Source: Alphaproteobacteria bacterium (GTDB lineage: Bacteria > Pseudomonadota > Alphaproteobacteria > MPNO01 > UBA830). Taken from it: DNA of 64,000 nucleotides. Position numbers and translations under genes: made by a program. Where the stretch lies: the NCBI GenBank assembly GCA_965243135.1, contig OZ251539.1:4768001-4832000 (forward strand). The letters are read 5' to 3'. This document shows, piece after piece, positions 1-9,825 of the stretch. Below the pieces are notes generated by a model. It did no database searches, had not been told where the DNA came from, and saw nothing but the letters and a program-made list of their open reading frames with translations. Within the stretch, counting starts at the first letter, position 1. Every line of letters starts with the position of its first letter.

Positions 1-58
1 TGCCGAGACCGCACAGCACCCCCGCGATCAGCGCGGTCGCGAAAACACTCCGGAACAT
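1..58 (-). CDS. cbtA: Cobalt transporter CbtA, 5' end only (runs off the window)
   Basis: Minus-strand ATG at 58 reads MFRSVFATALIAGVLCGLG, a CbtA-like N-terminus, 9 nt after the cbtB stop. Confidence 0.75.
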   Translation of the reverse strand, partial: MFRSVFATALIAGVLCGLG

Positions 59-67
59 CGGCTCTGC

Positions 68-250
68 CTAATGGCAAGGAAATGCGAAAGCGTGGCGGCT
101 GTCATGCGCCGCGTTGTGGATCGCGTCCGAATGCGCGAAGCCCGTACCGAGCACAAGGAAAGCGCCGAGAAGGAAGGCGAGCAACGCCGGCGCGACCGCG
201 ATGGACCTTGTCGCATCCCGTTCGATTGTCCGTGGGGTTTGTGGTGTCAT
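68..250 (-). CDS. cbtB: Cobalt transporter subunit CbtB
   Basis: One TM helix and the C-terminal signature HNAAHDSRHAFAFPCH; AGGAG RBS before the ATG at 250. Confidence 0.92.
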   Translation of the reverse strand: MTPQTPRTIERDATRSIAVAPALLAFLLGAFLVLGTGFAHSDAIHNAAHDSRHAFAFPCH

Positions 251-272
251 GGCGAATCTCCTGCGTCCGCCG

Positions 273-301
273 ATTATGCCCCGGGCGAGACGGGCATACA
301 A
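273..301 (-). promoter_or_regulatory. Putative sigma70 promoter of cbtBA, overlapped by an inverted repeat
   Basis: Minus strand TTGTAT-N17-CATAAT; TATGCCC-N10-GGGCATA palindrome spans both boxes. Confidence 0.5.
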
Positions 302-452
302 GTCCGGCCTCGGAGAATGGCGGGCAACGAAGAACGCAATTCGTTCCGGGTAAGCCTTTCCGCGCCGACGGAGCGCGTTTGCCGGGAGCGCCCGCCTGCC
401 GTTCACGGTCGTCCGCCGCCGGGGACCGTCCGCGAGACGGGCCTCCGTCCGT

Positions 453-1202
453 CTATTCGCAAACGGTCTTTCTCAGAACGACTTCGTAGCGTTCGATCAG
501 CGCCGCGTACTTGCCGCCGGAGCACAGACCGGCAAGGCCGAGGTTGAACGCATCGCGCGTCGCCGCGTCCCTGAAACCGACCTTGGCCGCGGTCGAGGGC
601 GGAAAGATCGAGTGGGGCACGACATCGTCAGTCGACCGGTTCAGCTTGCCGCTGAAATGCTCGAAGATGTTGCGGTCGATCACCGCAACCGCTCTCTTGC
701 GCGCCCAGAAGGCGTCGACTTGGTCTTTCTGATCGACGAATTCCTCAAGGTCCGCGCGCCGCGGCCCGCCAGGCCGAAACAACGCCTCGAACTCGGGGCC
801 GAGTTCGCGCCACGCGCCCTGCCAGGTCAGGACCGGTTTTCCGGCGAGATCGCCGACCGAGCGAATGGAGAGTCCGTCGGATTTCTTGCTGAACGTGGAA
901 TCCATGAACGTAATGAAGTCATTCGAATAGAAGATGTCTTTCAAGCCGGGTTGCACGAACGCCGCCGCGTCGGCCTTGCCGTTCCCGATCGTCGTCTCGA
1001 CCTCCCCGTAGGGCACTTGCACGAACCGCAGCATGCGGTTCGGCAGTGCGGCGCGGAGGATCGCCACGGCCAGCCCTTCATTCGCCCGCTGCATAACGTA
1101 GGGCGGCATGTCCGTCGAAATCCCGACTGTGAGCGGTCGCTTGCCGGTCGCGGACGCCGGTCCGGCGAGCGCGCATATCAGGAGGACGATCAACGGTCGC
1201 AT
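453..1202 (-). CDS. Periplasmic substrate-binding protein (amino-acid ABC/SBP family 3-like)
   Basis: Signal peptide MRPLIVLLICALAGPASA, then VG...PPYV...GLAVAIL and the C-terminal FNxGL pattern. Confidence 0.75.
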   Translation of the reverse strand: MRPLIVLLICALAGPASATGKRPLTVGISTDMPPYVMQRANEGLAVAILRAALPNRMLRFVQVPYGEVETTIGNGKADAAAFVQPGLKDIFYSNDFITFMDSTFSKKSDGLSIRSVGDLAGKPVLTWQGAWRELGPEFEALFRPGGPRRADLEEFVDQKDQVDAFWARKRAVAVIDRNIFEHFSGKLNRSTDDVVPHSIFPPSTAAKVGFRDAATRDAFNLGLAGLCSGGKYAALIERYEVVLRKTVCE

Positions 1203-1459
1203 TTGAAGATCTCCCGGCTGTCGTTGGGGCGGGCGGATTGTACCGCATCGAGAGGTCCCTGAACGAATTGACGAAGATCGCTTCGGCTGACTGTTGAAGC
1301 GCGGCCGGGCGGCCGCTCGACTCAACGTCCCGCTGGGTGCCGTCTGGAGTTTCGGTCGACGATCCGGTTCGCTTCGCCCGGAATTCAGAAACGCCGCCCG
1401 TCGCTTGCGTTCGGCAGCGCGACCCGGCGCGAGCGGACGTATCGCGCCGGGTTGTCCGG

Positions 1460-1876
1460 TCATGCGGGCAACGTTGCGACTCCGCTGCGTCGCGCCGCTC
1501 GAATCAGCTCCTTGTCCAGAGTCGCCAATTCCGTTCCTCGACGCATTGCGAGATCCAGGTAGGCTGCGTCGTAAGTCGTCAGCTCCTCCGCTCGAGCGAG
1601 GGCCAGCGTTCGTTCCAGCATCCGGTGGTCCATTTCCTCATCGACAATGATCGGCAATCGTTCCACAAGACGCAGGAACGTCGCGACCTGCGCCGGGACG
1701 ATACGTTTCCTTCGTTCCGCTTGTACAAGTACGTTACCGATCTCCAGACGCCAGATTCCCGGAACCAGCCCCTTGTCCACTTCCAGCCGACGCAGCAGCG
1801 CATCGGTTTCCGGCGTCGCCTCGTCTTCGAACAGCCAACTGGCGGTGATCGAGCAATCGAGAACGAACGCATTCAT
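1460..1876 (-). CDS. vapC: Type II TA toxin, VapC/PIN domain
   Basis: FVLDCS...WLFEDE, EIGNVL and LTTYDAAYLDLA...LATLD PIN motifs; overlaps the antitoxin stop by 4 nt. Confidence 0.92.
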   Translation of the reverse strand: MNAFVLDCSITASWLFEDEATPETDALLRRLEVDKGLVPGIWRLEIGNVLVQAERRKRIVPAQVATFLRLVERLPIIVDEEMDHRMLERTLALARAEELTTYDAAYLDLAMRRGTELATLDKELIRAARRSGVATLPA

Positions 1877-2112
1877 CGCCGTCCCGCATCCCTCAGATCC
1901 TTCCAGTTCAGGCCCGACAGCGTCACTTTCTTGCGAAAGGCGAGCAACTTCCCGATCGCTTTTCCGGTTTCAATCCGTTCCGCCTCCACGGCTGGCACAA
2001 GCCGCGCCACAGGCGTATTTCGCCGGGTGATAAGCACTTCCTCTCCTTGGGCAACTTTGTCCAGAAGCGCCGACAGGTGCGTCTTCGCCTCGAATGTTCC
2101 GACCACGATCAT
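1873..2112 (-). CDS. Type II TA antitoxin, Phd/YefM family
   Basis: VGTFEAKTHLSALLDKVAQGEEVLITRRNTPVARLVP is a typical Phd/YefM sequence. Confidence 0.92.
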   Translation of the reverse strand: MIVVGTFEAKTHLSALLDKVAQGEEVLITRRNTPVARLVPAVEAERIETGKAIGKLLAFRKKVTLSGLNWKDLRDAGRR

Positions 2113-2131
2113 GGTTTCAGCGATCCTTTCA

Positions 2132-2157
2132 AACTAGTTTATATAGCTAGTTTATAT
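2132..2157. promoter_or_regulatory. Probable autoregulatory operator/promoter of the phd-vapC pair
   Basis: AT-rich direct repeat CTAGTTTATAT x2 (2134-2144, 2147-2157) just upstream of the antitoxin start. Confidence 0.45.
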
Positions 2158-2294
2158 GGGTGAAACGCCTTCGGCAAGAACGGCGGTGCGGTCGTTGCGG
2201 CGTGCGCCGGTCTCGGCTACCGTTCCCACCCGCCGGAACGAAAGGCTCCGGCGGCGGATGTTTCCTGTCGGCAGACCGGGCGAATGGAGAAAAC

Positions 2295-3299
2295 ATGGGC
2301 CGCAAAATTTCGGCAACCATCGTCACGGGCTTTCTCGGCGCCGGGAAGACGACACTCATCCGCGGGCTGATCGAACGCGCCCGGGGACGAAAACTCGCGC
2401 TCGTCATCAACGAATTCGGCGATCTGGCGGTGGACGGCGACTTGCTCAGGGGCTGCGGGAATCCCCGCTGCACGGACGAGGACATCTTCGAACTCGCCAA
2501 CGGTTGCATCTGCTGCACGGTGGCGGACGATTTCCTGCCGACCGTCCGGGCCATTCTCGACCGCCCGGAGCCGCCCGACCACATCGTCATCGAAACGTCC
2601 GGCCTGGCGCTGCCGGGGCCTTTGGTTCAGGCCTTCGACTGGCCCGAGGTCCGGACGCGGGTCGCGGTCGACGGCGTGGTTGCCGTGATCGACGGCCCGG
2701 CCGTTGCGGAAGGCCGGTTCGCCGACAATCCCGAGCGGGCGCTGCGTGCGGCGGATCCAGCCATGGAGCACGAGAATCCCCTGCAGGAGCTCTACGAGGA
2801 TCAACTCGCCTGCGCCGACCTCGCGCTGCTCAACAAGGCGGATCTGATGACGGCGGATGCGCTGAAAAGCGTATCCGAACAGGTGCGGGGCAACCTCAGG
2901 GAAGGCGCGCGCATGATCCCCGCCACGAACGGGGCGATCGACGCCGAGATCCTGCTCGGCCTCGCGGCGGCGGACGGTCGCGCGGAGCCCGCGCCGCACG
3001 ACGAACACGATCACGACGAATTCGAGAGCTTCCATCTCCTCCTGCCTGAAATAGCCGCGCCCGAGGAACTCGGACGCCGCCTGCGTTCCGTCCTGGCGGA
3101 GCATGACGTTCTTCGGGTCAAGGGGTTCGCCAGCGTGGTCGGCAAGGAAATGCGGCTGGTCGTTCAGGGCGTCGGCGCCCGCGTACGGCACTACTACGAT
3201 CGTCCATGGAACGCCGGGGAGCCTCGCGAAACGCGGCTCGTGATAATCGGCATGGCGGAATTGGACAGGAACGCTATCGCCGCGACGCTCGGGAGCTGA
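2295..3299 (+). CDS. cobW: Cobalamin biosynthesis GTPase CobW
   Basis: GFLGAGKTT, NEFG, GCICCTVADDF, ETSGLALP, NKAD motifs; GGAGA RBS; directly upstream of cobN. Confidence 0.95.
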   Translation: MGRKISATIVTGFLGAGKTTLIRGLIERARGRKLALVINEFGDLAVDGDLLRGCGNPRCTDEDIFELANGCICCTVADDFLPTVRAILDRPEPPDHIVIETSGLALPGPLVQAFDWPEVRTRVAVDGVVAVIDGPAVAEGRFADNPERALRAADPAMEHENPLQELYEDQLACADLALLNKADLMTADALKSVSEQVRGNLREGARMIPATNGAIDAEILLGLAAADGRAEPAPHDEHDHDEFESFHLLLPEIAAPEELGRRLRSVLAEHDVLRVKGFASVVGKEMRLVVQGVGARVRHYYDRPWNAGEPRETRLVIIGMAELDRNAIAATLGS

Positions 3300-3300
3300 C

Positions 3301-6300
3301 ATGCATCTTCTGGCGGCGAAGCCGGGCATCGTCGCCGACGAACCCGTCGACCTCGGCCAGACGCGGGGCGATATCGCGGTGCTGTCCGCCGCCGATACGG
3401 AGCTCGCGGCGCTTGCGGCGGCGCAGGCGCGCCGGGGAGCCGGCGCTCCGTCGCTGCGCTTGGCCAACCTCCTGCAACTCCGCCACCCGATGTCGGTCGA
3501 CCTCTACATCGACGCGGTCGTGGAGCATGCGCGGCTGGTGGCAGTCCGCCTGCTGGGCGGCGTCGCATACTGGCCCTACGGGATCGAACGGGTCGCAACC
3601 GCGTGCCGCGACCGCGGCATACCTTTCGCGGCGCTGCCCGGAGACGATCAGCCGGATCCCGAACTTGCCCGTCATTCGACCGTCGGCGCCGACCGCGCCC
3701 ACCGCCTCTGGCAATATCTCGTTCACGGGGGGCCGGCGAACGCCGACAATTTTCTCGCCTATGCGGCTTATTTGCTCGGCGGCGAGGCGGACTGGGCCGA
3801 ACCGGTGCCGCTTCTGACGGCGGGGCTTTACTGGCCGGGCGTCGGAACCTCGGACCTGCCGGGCGTTCAGGCTTCGTGGACCATGGGCGCGCCCGTCGCC
3901 GCATTCGTGTTTTACTGGGCGTTGCTGCAGGCTGGCAATCTCGAGCCGGTCGACGCCATGGTCTCGGCCTTGCGGCAACGCCGGATCAATCCCCTGCCGC
4001 TCTACGTCAGGAGTCTGAAGGATTCCGTTTCCGCGGCCATCGTCGCCGAAGCGTTCGACGCCGCGCCGCCCGACGTGATTCTGAACGCGACCGGCTTCGC
4101 CGTCTCGCTTCCGGGCGGCGACAAGTCGGCAACGCCGTTCTCGGCGGCCGATTGCCCGGTGCTTCAGACCGTATTCGCCGCGACCACCGAAGCGGCCTGG
4201 CGAGACGGCGACAACGGCCTGATCGCCCGCGATATCGCCATGAACGTGGCGTTGCCGGAGGTCGACGGGCGGGTGCTCGTTCGCGCCGTCGCCTTCAAGT
4301 CGGAGGCGCGCTTCGACGACGCCACCCAGACGCCCGTGGTCGAGCATCGGGCGGCGGCGGACCGAATGGCCTTCGCCGCCGATCTTGCCGCCGCCTGGAC
4401 GCGCCTTCGGCGCTGCCCGCCGGCGAGCCGGCGCATCGCGGTGGTGCTCGCCAACTATCCCAACCGCGACGGACGAATCGGCAATGGCGTCGGCCTCGAC
4501 ACTCCGGCGGGAACGGCGGCGTTTCTGGCAGCGTTGAGTAAGGCCGGCTATGTCGTCCGGAATCCTCCGGTCGACGGCCGCGCGCTCATCGACCGTCTTC
4601 TGGCCGGCCCGACGAATGCGGGCGTTGAAGGCCGGGCGGTCGAAGAGACATTGCCGGTCGCGGACTACGAGCGGTTTTTCGTGAGGCTTCCGGAGGCCGT
4701 CCGTTCGGCGGTGACGGCGCGCTGGGGCGCTCCCGAGGACGATCCCTTTTTTATGGCGGACGAAGGCGCCTTCGCGATTCCGGCGTTTCGCTGCGGCAAC
4801 GTAGCTGTCGCCCTGCAGCCGGCCCGAGGCTACAACATCGATCCGCAGAAGAGTTATCACGATCCGGCGCTGCCGCCGCCGCACGGCTATCTTGCGTTTC
4901 ATGCCTGGGCGCGTTTCGGGTTCCGCGCCGACGCCATCGTCCAGATGGGAAAGCACGGCAATGTCGAATGGCTTCCGGGAAAGTCGCTCGCGCTGTCGGC
5001 GGAGTGCTTGCCGGAGGCGGCATTGGGTCCGACGCCTCACGTCTACCCGTTCATCGTCAACGACCCCGGCGAGGGAACGCAGGCCAAGCGCCGGACGTCC
5101 GCCGTCGTCGTCGACCATCTGACGCCGCCGCTCGCCCGCGCCGGGACGTATGGCCCGCTCGCCGAACTGGAACGTCTCGTGGACGAATACTACGAGGCCT
5201 CGGGGGTGGATCCGCGGCGCCTCGCGTTGCTGCGCGACGAGATCCTGATGGCTGCCCAGGAAAACGGCCTGGACGCCGATTGCGGAATCAGGGACGAGGA
5301 CGCGCCCGACGATGCGCTCGCAAGGATCGACAACTACCTTTGCGAGTTGAAGGAAATGCAGATCCGGGACGGATTGCACGTCTTCGGCGCGAGCCCCTCC
5401 GGCCCGCTTCGGGATTCGTTGCTAGTGGCACTGGCGCGATCGCCGCGCGGCGAAGGAGAGAGCGCGGACGCGTCGCTGATCCGTGCGTTGGCGGCGGATT
5501 TGGGTCTCGAATTCGATCCCCTCGACTGCGCGATGGGAGACCCTTGGACCGGAGCCAGACCGGAAGCTCTCGCCGGCGAAGACGTCTGGCGCACCGCCGG
5601 CGATACCGTGGAGCGTCTGGAAGCGCTGGCTCTCGATCTCGTCGCAGGCCGGAAGGAGGCGCCGCCGGGCTGGACCGCGACCCGCGCCGTGCTCGACGAG
5701 GTTACGGGCGAGCTCGCCCGTCGGGTCGACGCCTGCGGCGCGGCGGAGATCGCCGGCGCGCTGGCGGCTCTCGATGGCGGCTTCGTCGCCCCGGGTCCCT
5801 CGGGCGCGCCGACCCGCGGCAGGCCCGAAGTCCTGCCGACCGGACGCAACTTCTACTCCGTCGACACCCGAAGCGTACCGACGCCCGCCGCCTGGACTTT
5901 GGGCTGGAAGTCGGCGTCGCTGCTGATCGAGCGGCATGCGCAGGAACATGGGGAATGGCCGCTTCGCATGGCGCTTTCGGCATGGGGCACGTCGAACATG
6001 CGAACCGGCGGCGACGACATCGCGCAGGCTCTCGCGCTGATGGGCGCGAGACCGCGATGGGACCGCGGGTCAGGGCGCGTCGCCGGTTTCGAGATCATGC
6101 CGCTCGACGTGTTGGACAGGCCTCGCGTGGACGTGACGCTGCGGTTGTCGGGATTTTTTCGCGACGCGTTTCCCGATCAGATCGAGCTGTTCGATTCCGC
6201 CGCACGAGCCGTAGCGGCTCTGGACGAGCCGCCTTCGCGCAATCCTTTGGCGGCGCGCGTCGCCGAGGACGCCGCGGCGCTCATCGCCGAAGGCGTCGAT

Positions 6301-7023
6301 CCCGAGACGGCGCGCCGCCGGGCCGGGCATCGGACGTTCGGCTCGCGGCCCGGCGCCTACGGGGCCGGACTGCAGGCGCTGATCGACGAGCGCGGTTGGG
6401 AAACGGAAGCGGATCTCGCTCGCGCCTACGTCGCTTGGGGCGGCTACGCCTACGGCGGCGGCGCGGCGGGAGCCGCCGAGCACCGGCTGTTCGAGCGGCG
6501 GCTGCAACAGGTCCAGGCCGTGGTTCACAACCAGGACAACCGCGAGCACGACCTCCTCGATTCGGACGACTACTACCAATTCGAGGGCGGGCTGACGGCG
6601 GCGGTGCGGCACCTTTCGGGACGGCAGCCGGCGGTGTGGCACAACGACCATTCGCGCCCCGAATCGCCGAGAATCCGGACGCTGGAAGACGAGATCGGCC
6701 GTGTTGTCCGATCCCGCGTCGTCAACCCCAAATGGATCGCGGGAGTCATGCGCCACGGCTACAAGGGGGCGTTCGAGATGGCGGCGACGGTCGATTACCT
6801 GTTCGCCTTCGCCGCCGCCGCGCGCTGCGTGCGGGATCGCCACTTCGATCTCGTGTTTGACGCCTATCTCGGGGACGAAAATGTGCGGGGATTTCTCGAA
6901 GACTCGAATCCCGCTGCATTGCGCGAAATGGCCGAACGCCTGCTGGAAGCCTGCGAACGCGGGCTGTGGAAACCCCGCTCGAACGTCGCCTACAACCTCC
7001 TCGCCGCGCTGAGAAGCGCCTGA
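3301..7023 (+). CDS. cobN: Cobaltochelatase subunit CobN
   Basis: 1240 aa; MHLLAA start, GKHGNVEWLPGK, LPTGRNFYSVD, RSRVVNPKWI motifs. Confidence 0.97.
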   Translation: MHLLAAKPGIVADEPVDLGQTRGDIAVLSAADTELAALAAAQARRGAGAPSLRLANLLQLRHPMSVDLYIDAVVEHARLVAVRLLGGVAYWPYGIERVATACRDRGIPFAALPGDDQPDPELARHSTVGADRAHRLWQYLVHGGPANADNFLAYAAYLLGGEADWAEPVPLLTAGLYWPGVGTSDLPGVQASWTMGAPVAAFVFYWALLQAGNLEPVDAMVSALRQRRINPLPLYVRSLKDSVSAAIVAEAFDAAPPDVILNATGFAVSLPGGDKSATPFSAADCPVLQTVFAATTEAAWRDGDNGLIARDIAMNVALPEVDGRVLVRAVAFKSEARFDDATQTPVVEHRAAADRMAFAADLAAAWTRLRRCPPASRRIAVVLANYPNRDGRIGNGVGLDTPAGTAAFLAALSKAGYVVRNPPVDGRALIDRLLAGPTNAGVEGRAVEETLPVADYERFFVRLPEAVRSAVTARWGAPEDDPFFMADEGAFAIPAFRCGNVAVALQPARGYNIDPQKSYHDPALPPPHGYLAFHAWARFGFRADAIVQMGKHGNVEWLPGKSLALSAECLPEAALGPTPHVYPFIVNDPGEGTQAKRRTSAVVVDHLTPPLARAGTYGPLAELERLVDEYYEASGVDPRRLALLRDEILMAAQENGLDADCGIRDEDAPDDALARIDNYLCELKEMQIRDGLHVFGASPSGPLRDSLLVALARSPRGEGESADASLIRALAADLGLEFDPLDCAMGDPWTGARPEALAGEDVWRTAGDTVERLEALALDLVAGRKEAPPGWTATRAVLDEVTGELARRVDACGAAEIAGALAALDGGFVAPGPSGAPTRGRPEVLPTGRNFYSVDTRSVPTPAAWTLGWKSASLLIERHAQEHGEWPLRMALSAWGTSNMRTGGDDIAQALALMGARPRWDRGSGRVAGFEIMPLDVLDRPRVDVTLRLSGFFRDAFPDQIELFDSAARAVAALDEPPSRNPLAARVAEDAAALIAEGVDPETARRRAGHRTFGSRPGAYGAGLQALIDERGWETEADLARAYVAWGGYAYGGGAAGAAEHRLFERRLQQVQAVVHNQDNREHDLLDSDDYYQFEGGLTAAVRHLSGRQPAVWHNDHSRPESPRIRTLEDEIGRVVRSRVVNPKWIAGVMRHGYKGAFEMAATVDYLFAFAAAARCVRDRHFDLVFDAYLGDENVRGFLEDSNPAALREMAERLLEACERGLWKPRSNVAYNLLAALRSA

Positions 7024-7473
7024 ATATTCGAGCGGCGCGGCCCTGCGACCGGCGGGTTTCAGGCAAGGGCTGCTATGGTCTCGTCGATCGAGCGGCAGCC
7101 GAGAAGTCCGTGCGTCGCGCGCGCCAGGTTTCGGCGCCGCACAGGCGGCTGCGAAAGATCTTCTCGCGCCAGCCCTTCTTCTCGTTGCGGCGGAAGATCG
7201 CGAGACGACGGGTTCACGCCGCGCAACGGGCCGCCGCGATCCGCTCCATGTTTTCGGCGTTCCCGGATCTTGCATTCGACCGCAAACCGCCGTTCGCGGC
7301 GGTTCCGCAGCCAGAGGATCGGCAGGCCGGCTCGCCCACGGAGTCGACGGGGGACCCGTTCCGGCGTTTCGTCGCGGCGGAGCCGCACGGCTCCTCCGGC
7401 CCCGTCGCCTCGATGGCCGGAAGTCCGGGCGGCTCCGCTCCAAGGAGATCGGGCGGGCGCACCTCTCCGGGCT

Positions 7474-8505
7474 TCAACAAAAATCCTGAATGGCGAGCGC
7501 CGCGCGCCCGGTTACCGCCCCGTTTTCGATGCGGGCGTGCAGGGCTTCCGCGCCTTCCATGGCGACGACTTCGGTGACGAGCGGCCGAATCTCCCCGCGG
7601 GCGCATAGTTCCAGCGAGTCGATCACTTCCTGTCGCGTCGCGTAGCGACTGCCCATCAGCACGAGCTCCTTTTCAAGCATGGCGGCGGCGCTCGCTTCGA
7701 ACGCATGGCCTGCTCCGCCGAGCGTCACGAGTCGCCCGCCGCGTCCGAGCGCAGACATGCCAGCCTCCAGCGTTTCCCTCGACGAGACGAAATCGATCAC
7801 GACGTCGACTCCGCCCGTGTCCAGCAACGCCTCGACAACGCCGGTCTTGCGGGGATTGACGCAGCGTTCGGCGCCCGCCGCCATGCATGCGTCGAACTTC
7901 TCGCCCGCGACATCGACGGCGACGACGCGGGCATGCGCCCAATGCGCGACCATGACCATGTGAACGCCGAGCCCGCCGCCGGCGCCAAAGACCGCCACTC
8001 TCTCGCCGGGCACCACCTTCGCGCGGCGGATCACCTTGACAGGCGTCGCTACGGCGTCGGCGATTACGCCGACCTCCGCCGGACGGTCCTTCCAGTCGAG
8101 GCCCTCCGGCAGCCGAAGGAAATTCCTGGCCGGCAACCGAATCAACTCCGCGTATCCGCCGTCGCAGGCCCGGCCGACATACCCGCCGAAATTGGAGCAA
8201 AGGGTTTCCCGGCCGATGAAGCACCATTTGCAGCGGCCGCAGGTCAGGTAGAAATACGCGGTGACCGGATCGCCGACGGCAAGCTCGTCGACGCTGCTCC
8301 CGACGGCGTCGATCACCGCCGTGATTTCGTGACCGATTATGCGCGGATAGTCGACCTGCGCGCGCCTCGCCTTGACGTGCTGGATCGTGAGCCCGGCACC
8401 GCAGGAGAGGACTCTCGCAACCGCCTCGCCGGGGCCGGGAACCGGATCCGGAACTTCTTCGAGAGAGAAGGCCGCTTCCCGGTCGTGAAGGACGAGCGCC
8501 CTCAT
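7474..8505 (-). CDS. Zinc-dependent alcohol dehydrogenase (MDR family)
   Basis: GHE motif, CGRCKWC..C structural Zn site, GAGGGLG Rossmann motif; start at MRALVL. Confidence 0.9.
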   Translation of the reverse strand: MRALVLHDREAAFSLEEVPDPVPGPGEAVARVLSCGAGLTIQHVKARRAQVDYPRIIGHEITAVIDAVGSSVDELAVGDPVTAYFYLTCGRCKWCFIGRETLCSNFGGYVGRACDGGYAELIRLPARNFLRLPEGLDWKDRPAEVGVIADAVATPVKVIRRAKVVPGERVAVFGAGGGLGVHMVMVAHWAHARVVAVDVAGEKFDACMAAGAERCVNPRKTGVVEALLDTGGVDVVIDFVSSRETLEAGMSALGRGGRLVTLGGAGHAFEASAAAMLEKELVLMGSRYATRQEVIDSLELCARGEIRPLVTEVVAMEGAEALHARIENGAVTGRAALAIQDFC

Positions 8506-9012
8506 CGGAAAAGCTCTTGCGCGCGTTCCGAATCGTCCGGCGAACGCGTTCTGGCTTTCTTCGACATATTCCGCTCCCGCCTTCCGTTGCGCGGCCCACA
8601 GAACAGAGCGCCTACCCAAGCATGACGCCCCTTGAAACCGGGGTCGACAACATCTTCTGCGTCCCGTTCCGCACGGCAACCGCCATGAAGATACCATCTC
8701 CTTGTCGGCACCGTGCCCGGAATTTTGCGCCAACCCGCGAGGAGACCGCGGTTTCGCCTCGGCCGGCTACCCCGCGGGGTCGATGGGGCGTAAAGATTGC
8801 GGACGCAAGCGCGAGGCGGAATTGGTCCGCCGTTGCATGCGTCGCGGAAAACCGGCGTTCGGGAACCATCGGCGATGCCCGGACAAAAACGAATCAAACG
8901 CGATCTTGGGCAAGACGACGCGGTCGCCGCACAATGCGTTTGAGTCGCGTTCGTCATTGGCATCTGTAAGACAAGGCTTGACAAATCTGCGGTGCCCCGC
9001 AATCCTGCATGC

Positions 9013-9284
9013 GTGATCGGGAGCATTCGGTACAAGGCGCTCTGGAACTGTTGGACCGAAGGCCAAGCGAGGGACCTAAATGCAAAATGGATATGGAAGC
9101 TGCGGCGCATCCTCGCCGCCCTCGAAGCTGCCGATGAACCGGAAGGGATGAGTTGCCCCGGTTCCATCCCTTGGAGGGTGATCGAACAGGCCGCTATTCC
9201 GTACGCCTCAAAGCCAACGTCCGCGTCACCTTTGGATGGGACGAGGACAGCGCTGCCGAGGTAGACATAGAGGACTACCATTGA
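9013..9284 (+). pseudogene. higB: HigB (RelE/ParE) toxin, frameshifted
   Basis: MIGSIRYKAL...KLRRILAALEAA...PG, then after a frameshift near 9160 HPLEGDRTGRYSVRLKANVRVTFGW...DIEDYH*, the canonical HigB C-terminus. Confidence 0.85.
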
Positions 9285-9556
9285 TGATCGACAGGCATCC
9301 CTCCATAGATCCTGTGCATCCGGGGGAAATCCTCCGGGAGGAAATTCTGCCAGCCATCGCCGTTAGCAAGACGGCTATTGCCGCCGCTCTGCAAATATCT
9401 TGGCAGACGTTGTACGGCATCTTAAACGAAAAACAGCCAGTCACCGCGGAAATGGCGGTTCGCTTCGGAAAGCTGTTCGGTAACGGAGCCAACTTCTGGG
9501 TAAATTTGCAACGTGGGTACGATATGGTGGTCGCGAAACGTGTCGTGGACGTTTAA
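9284..9556 (+). CDS. higA: HigA antitoxin (HTH)
   Basis: PVHPGEILREE...VTAEMAVRFGKLFGNGANFWVNLQ; start overlaps the higB stop. Confidence 0.92.
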   Translation: MIDRHPSIDPVHPGEILREEILPAIAVSKTAIAAALQISWQTLYGILNEKQPVTAEMAVRFGKLFGNGANFWVNLQRGYDMVVAKRVVDV

Positions 9557-9825
9557 TCGGCGCCTGCTCGCCCGTAGCACGTGAAAGCCAGAAAAAAATG
9601 CAGCGCAATGAAAAAAATGGAATCGCACTGCAACCCCGGTGCGGGATCGCCCAAGGCATCCCTTGTTCCATGGATATCCTCTCTCCATATGTTGTGGTTC
9701 GACAGCGCTTCGGCACAACGCGATGCGTCGGGGAGGAGCGTTTATCCCATCGGAATCGATCAGGGGAACGTTTGTCAGGCTAGACGGATTCTGATACCGT
9801 AGCGGCGTGCTGGCGATCAGCCATC

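Noticed and set aside
2113-2294. Cobalamin riboswitch upstream of cobW (also sought upstream of cobQ and cbiX)
   Set aside because: No B12-box or GCCACTG/GGGAAG core recognised; an Infernal scan is needed to exclude it fully.
3274-7443. Long antisense and alternate-frame ORFs over cobN, and similar ones over the cob, TPR and TRAP genes
   Set aside because: Arg/Ala/Pro-rich shadow ORFs expected in high-GC DNA; the recognisable motifs are in the annotated frames.
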